Shown piece after piece: positions 61,532-64,000 of a stretch of DNA of 64,000 nucleotides; the stretch's first letter is position 1; the number at the start of each line of letters is the position of its first letter. The stretch lies in the IMG/VR virus record IMGVR_UViG_3300050821_013430, positions 62,001 through 126,000 of that record; one strand, written 5' to 3'. A model generated the notes under the pieces. That model was not told the DNA's origin. It worked only from the letters and a program-made list of their open reading frames with translations, and did no database searches. A program made the translations under genes and the position numbers.

Positions 61532-62237
61532 AGTTAGATGTCTTTTTCTTAGCATATTTCTTGATCGATAATTGTTTTTGAGAGGCTAGAGAGGATAATA
61601 ATTGATCTAAAAACTTCTCTAATTTAGATAAAAAGTCTTCATTGCCGGGCGATATCGTTGTTGGTTGGGATTTAGTGGCAGCATAAAACTCTGATAATTT
61701 TTGTTTATAGTTTGCATAAGTTTTAACTTTATTGAGAAATTTTTCTAGATCTCCTAAGGTAATTTTCCCATCTTGATCCAGATCTAAGCCTCGATTAGCG
61801 TAGTAAGCTTTTATTTCGAAATCAATAGAAACAGTACGATGTGGATTAGGTTCTGGATGACTAGAAATGATAATGGCATTAGGATTGTTAGCCTTCACAT
61901 CCGGATACGAAAGGGCGAGGGGCCATAAATTAGCCACATACATTTGAGCTGCCGATTTGAAAGGGCCACCATTGAGGCTAAGTTGAGTACGAAAATATCG
62001 TTCAATATATGGTAATTGTTCTTCACCTGACAATTGTCGAAAATCGTCAGGAGAACCACGAAAGCCTACTCCGCGTAAAGAACTGGGTAAAAATTGCGTC
62101 AAACCAACCGCCTTAGATGGTACTTGTGGATTAAGGCCAGACTCCAACTGCATAATAGCCAGTACATCCTCTGGTTTTAGGCCTAAAGAATTGCTCATTT
62201 GAGCTAATTTAATGTAGAAGTTGGGGCCTAGGGCCAT
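61521..62237 (-). CDS. Lytic transglycosylase (SLT/lysozyme-like), likely virion-associated
   Basis: IMQLESG..AVGLTQF..EQL, plus an EF-hand-like LDLDQDGKIT. Confidence 0.75.
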   Translation of the reverse strand: MALGPNFYIKLAQMSNSLGLKPEDVLAIMQLESGLNPQVPSKAVGLTQFLPSSLRGVGFRGSPDDFRQLSGEEQLPYIERYFRTQLSLNGGPFKSAAQMYVANLWPLALSYPDVKANNPNAIIISSHPEPNPHRTVSIDFEIKAYYANRGLDLDQDGKITLGDLEKFLNKVKTYANYKQKLSEFYAATKSQPTTISPGNEDFLSKLEKFLDQLLSSLASQKQLSIKKYAKKKTSNYGD

Positions 62238-62238
62238 T

Positions 62239-63321
62239 TTATCCTTTTAATATAACTTTGGCTATCAATTGGGCTATAATCGGCTTTGATGTTTCAGTTT
62301 TAGCCGATGGATTAAATGGTGGCTTAAAAGGAGGTTTAACTTCCTTAGATGATTCTGGTTTAGCTGGTGGATTATTTTGAATGTATTCCTTGAGAGACTC
62401 TATTTTAGCAGATTCTTCCGGAGAAACTGGAGCAGGAATTGGTTTTGAAATAGGTAATCCTGGATACGGTTTGGTAGGAGTAGAAGATGGTTTACCAGAA
62501 GAAGGGGACGACGGTCCTCCGACAGTCGAAGCGGGGGCGCCTGGAAGTACCCCTCCTACACCGAGAGCTTTGGACTTAGCCTCTTCTGCTGCTTTTTGAG
62601 ATTCAATATAACTTTTAACATATTTGTTGTAAAAATCATTGAAAGACTTATTATAGGCACGATATTTATTGTTGATGCCTGGCAACAGTCGAACATAATC
62701 TTCAATTTTACGACCTACCCGATATTTACCTAATTGTTTAAGTAAATTAAGGAAGGTCGATGATAATGCCTTGCTCTTGTTAAGCATATTGTTAGTTTGA
62801 TTTTTTAATTCTCTAGCTGTTTGTGGAAAACGCTTTTCCCATTGTCGCAGCCCTTTGCCACGATCAGTGGTCATTGAATACCACCAATCAGATAGCCCAG
62901 CCTCTTTAACACTAGCAGTTTTAGTAGGAGCGCCTTTGAACCATTTAGGCATCTTTTCCATCAGATACTCTTTTTGATTCGGATCTAAATCTCCAAATAA
63001 AAAAGCATGATGATGTTTATGTACTACATCATTGAGGCCTTGGAAGGCTGTCATAATTTCTTCCATCTTCTCGTGAAATTTAGCCAAATAAGAAATAGCA
63101 AACATATACTCGCGACGATTGAAATTAGATTCCGCTATTTTGAGATAATCTTTAAGCTCAAAAGCCTTTTCACGAACTTCGTCATCAACACTAATCAGTT
63201 TGTCGATAATTTCTCGATACTCATCAGACCCTAAAAAATCGGTCTTTAGATCTTTCAATTTCCCAAAAGTTTTTTCTTTGGTACGTTGAAGCCAATTGAG
63301 TCGTTGTGCAATCTTATCCAT
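62239..63321 (-). CDS. Putative internal head protein
   Basis: MDKIAQ, KTASVKEAG motifs, Pro-rich tail. Confidence 0.5.
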   Translation of the reverse strand: MDKIAQRLNWLQRTKEKTFGKLKDLKTDFLGSDEYREIIDKLISVDDEVREKAFELKDYLKIAESNFNRREYMFAISYLAKFHEKMEEIMTAFQGLNDVVHKHHHAFLFGDLDPNQKEYLMEKMPKWFKGAPTKTASVKEAGLSDWWYSMTTDRGKGLRQWEKRFPQTARELKNQTNNMLNKSKALSSTFLNLLKQLGKYRVGRKIEDYVRLLPGINNKYRAYNKSFNDFYNKYVKSYIESQKAAEEAKSKALGVGGVLPGAPASTVGGPSSPSSGKPSSTPTKPYPGLPISKPIPAPVSPEESAKIESLKEYIQNNPPAKPESSKEVKPPFKPPFNPSAKTETSKPIIAQLIAKVILKG

Positions 63322-63361
63322 ATTTAGCCCTCTATGTGTGAGAATGCCATTTTATCGCCTA

Positions 63362-64000
63362 TTAGGCTGGCGGAGCCGCTGGTGGCGGGCCACCTGCTGG
63401 AGGAGGGGGTGGGGGAGGTCCCCCTGCGCCACCTGCTGGGGGTGGTGAGGGCAGAGGGGGTGGCGATCCACTACCACCTAGGCCTGGGAGACCGCTCATC
63501 GGAGGCATTCCTCCTCCCGCAGCCTCTTCTCCGGCTCCCGTTTCGCCTGGAACTGGTGCTTCCTTGGCATCCTGAGTATCGGGCTCTGGAATTTCATTAT
63601 CCTCACCATCACCCAAAGAACGAAGAGCGTTAAGCGGCATTTTCTCGAGAGAGGCCGCTTCTTTAGTTTCAATAGCGGCCTGAATCATTTCTTTGCGTTT
63701 CTTACGAACTTCATCTTCCCATTCCAAACCCATCGCACGATAGAGAGAGTGAAGGGAGGCTCGTTTTTCTTCACCCTTGCCGCTAGTCAGTGTGACTAAA
63801 TTCTGGATATAATCAGCGGTATCGAAGAGAGACATATGATTCCAATCAATTTCTGGAACAATCAGTCTCTTTTTCTTATCCTTGTATTCGTAAAAACCTT
63901 GTATCTTAGATATGGGGGCGAAGATTTTGTTTCGTAACCAAGAACCTAACATATTTCGGAATTGCATATACCGCTGACGAAGAACATCCAAAGCAACGCC
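63362..64000 (-). CDS. Portal protein, C-terminal part (partial)
   Basis: LDVLRQRY..WLRNKIFAPI..VPEIDW with acidic/Pro-rich tail, positioned upstream of the head genes. Confidence 0.6.
   Translation of the reverse strand, partial: GVALDVLRQRYMQFRNMLGSWLRNKIFAPISKIQGFYEYKDKKKRLIVPEIDWNHMSLFDTADYIQNLVTLTSGKGEEKRASLHSLYRAMGLEWEDEVRKKRKEMIQAAIETKEAASLEKMPLNALRSLGDGEDNEIPEPDTQDAKEAPVPGETGAGEEAAGGGMPPMSGLPGLGGSGSPPPLPSPPPAGGAGGPPPPPPPAGGPPPAAPPA

Noticed and set aside
1-64000. Stop-codon reassignment, tRNA or rRNA genes
   Set aside because: Genes tile densely under the standard code with all three stops used. No RNA genes were recognised in the short intergenic gaps.

Overview
This window is the virion-morphogenesis region of a large tailed dsDNA bacteriophage, with almost all genes on the minus strand. 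Reading right to left it holds: the portal C-terminus, several putative internal head proteins (including a lytic transglycosylase and a tyrosine phosphatase), a 1216-aa prohead protease/scaffold, two decoration-type paralogs, five probable ejection/core proteins and the major capsid protein. Next come surface and fibre proteins, including a 2349-aa collagen-like protein with 11 globular repeats, two more collagens and a beta-helix spike. These adjoin a sugar-biosynthesis and glycosyltransferase cluster (GT2-TPR-GT4, GT4-GT2, RfbB, C-methyltransferase, reductases, cupin, methyltransferase) that also contains a receiver-phosphatase fusion. The left end carries a patatin, a cold-shock protein, neck proteins and more fibre genes. 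Seven free-standing HNH/LAGLIDADG endonuclease genes and one remnant are interspersed. The most notable signals are a probable self-glycosylated collagen coat, a repeated 12-bp late-promoter motif often 6-7 nt before ATG (leaderless), shared K/R-x-A targeting/cleavage motifs in head proteins, a nested scaffold start inside the protease, and an A9 -1 frameshift candidate. All functional calls come from motif recognition by eye; no database searches were run.
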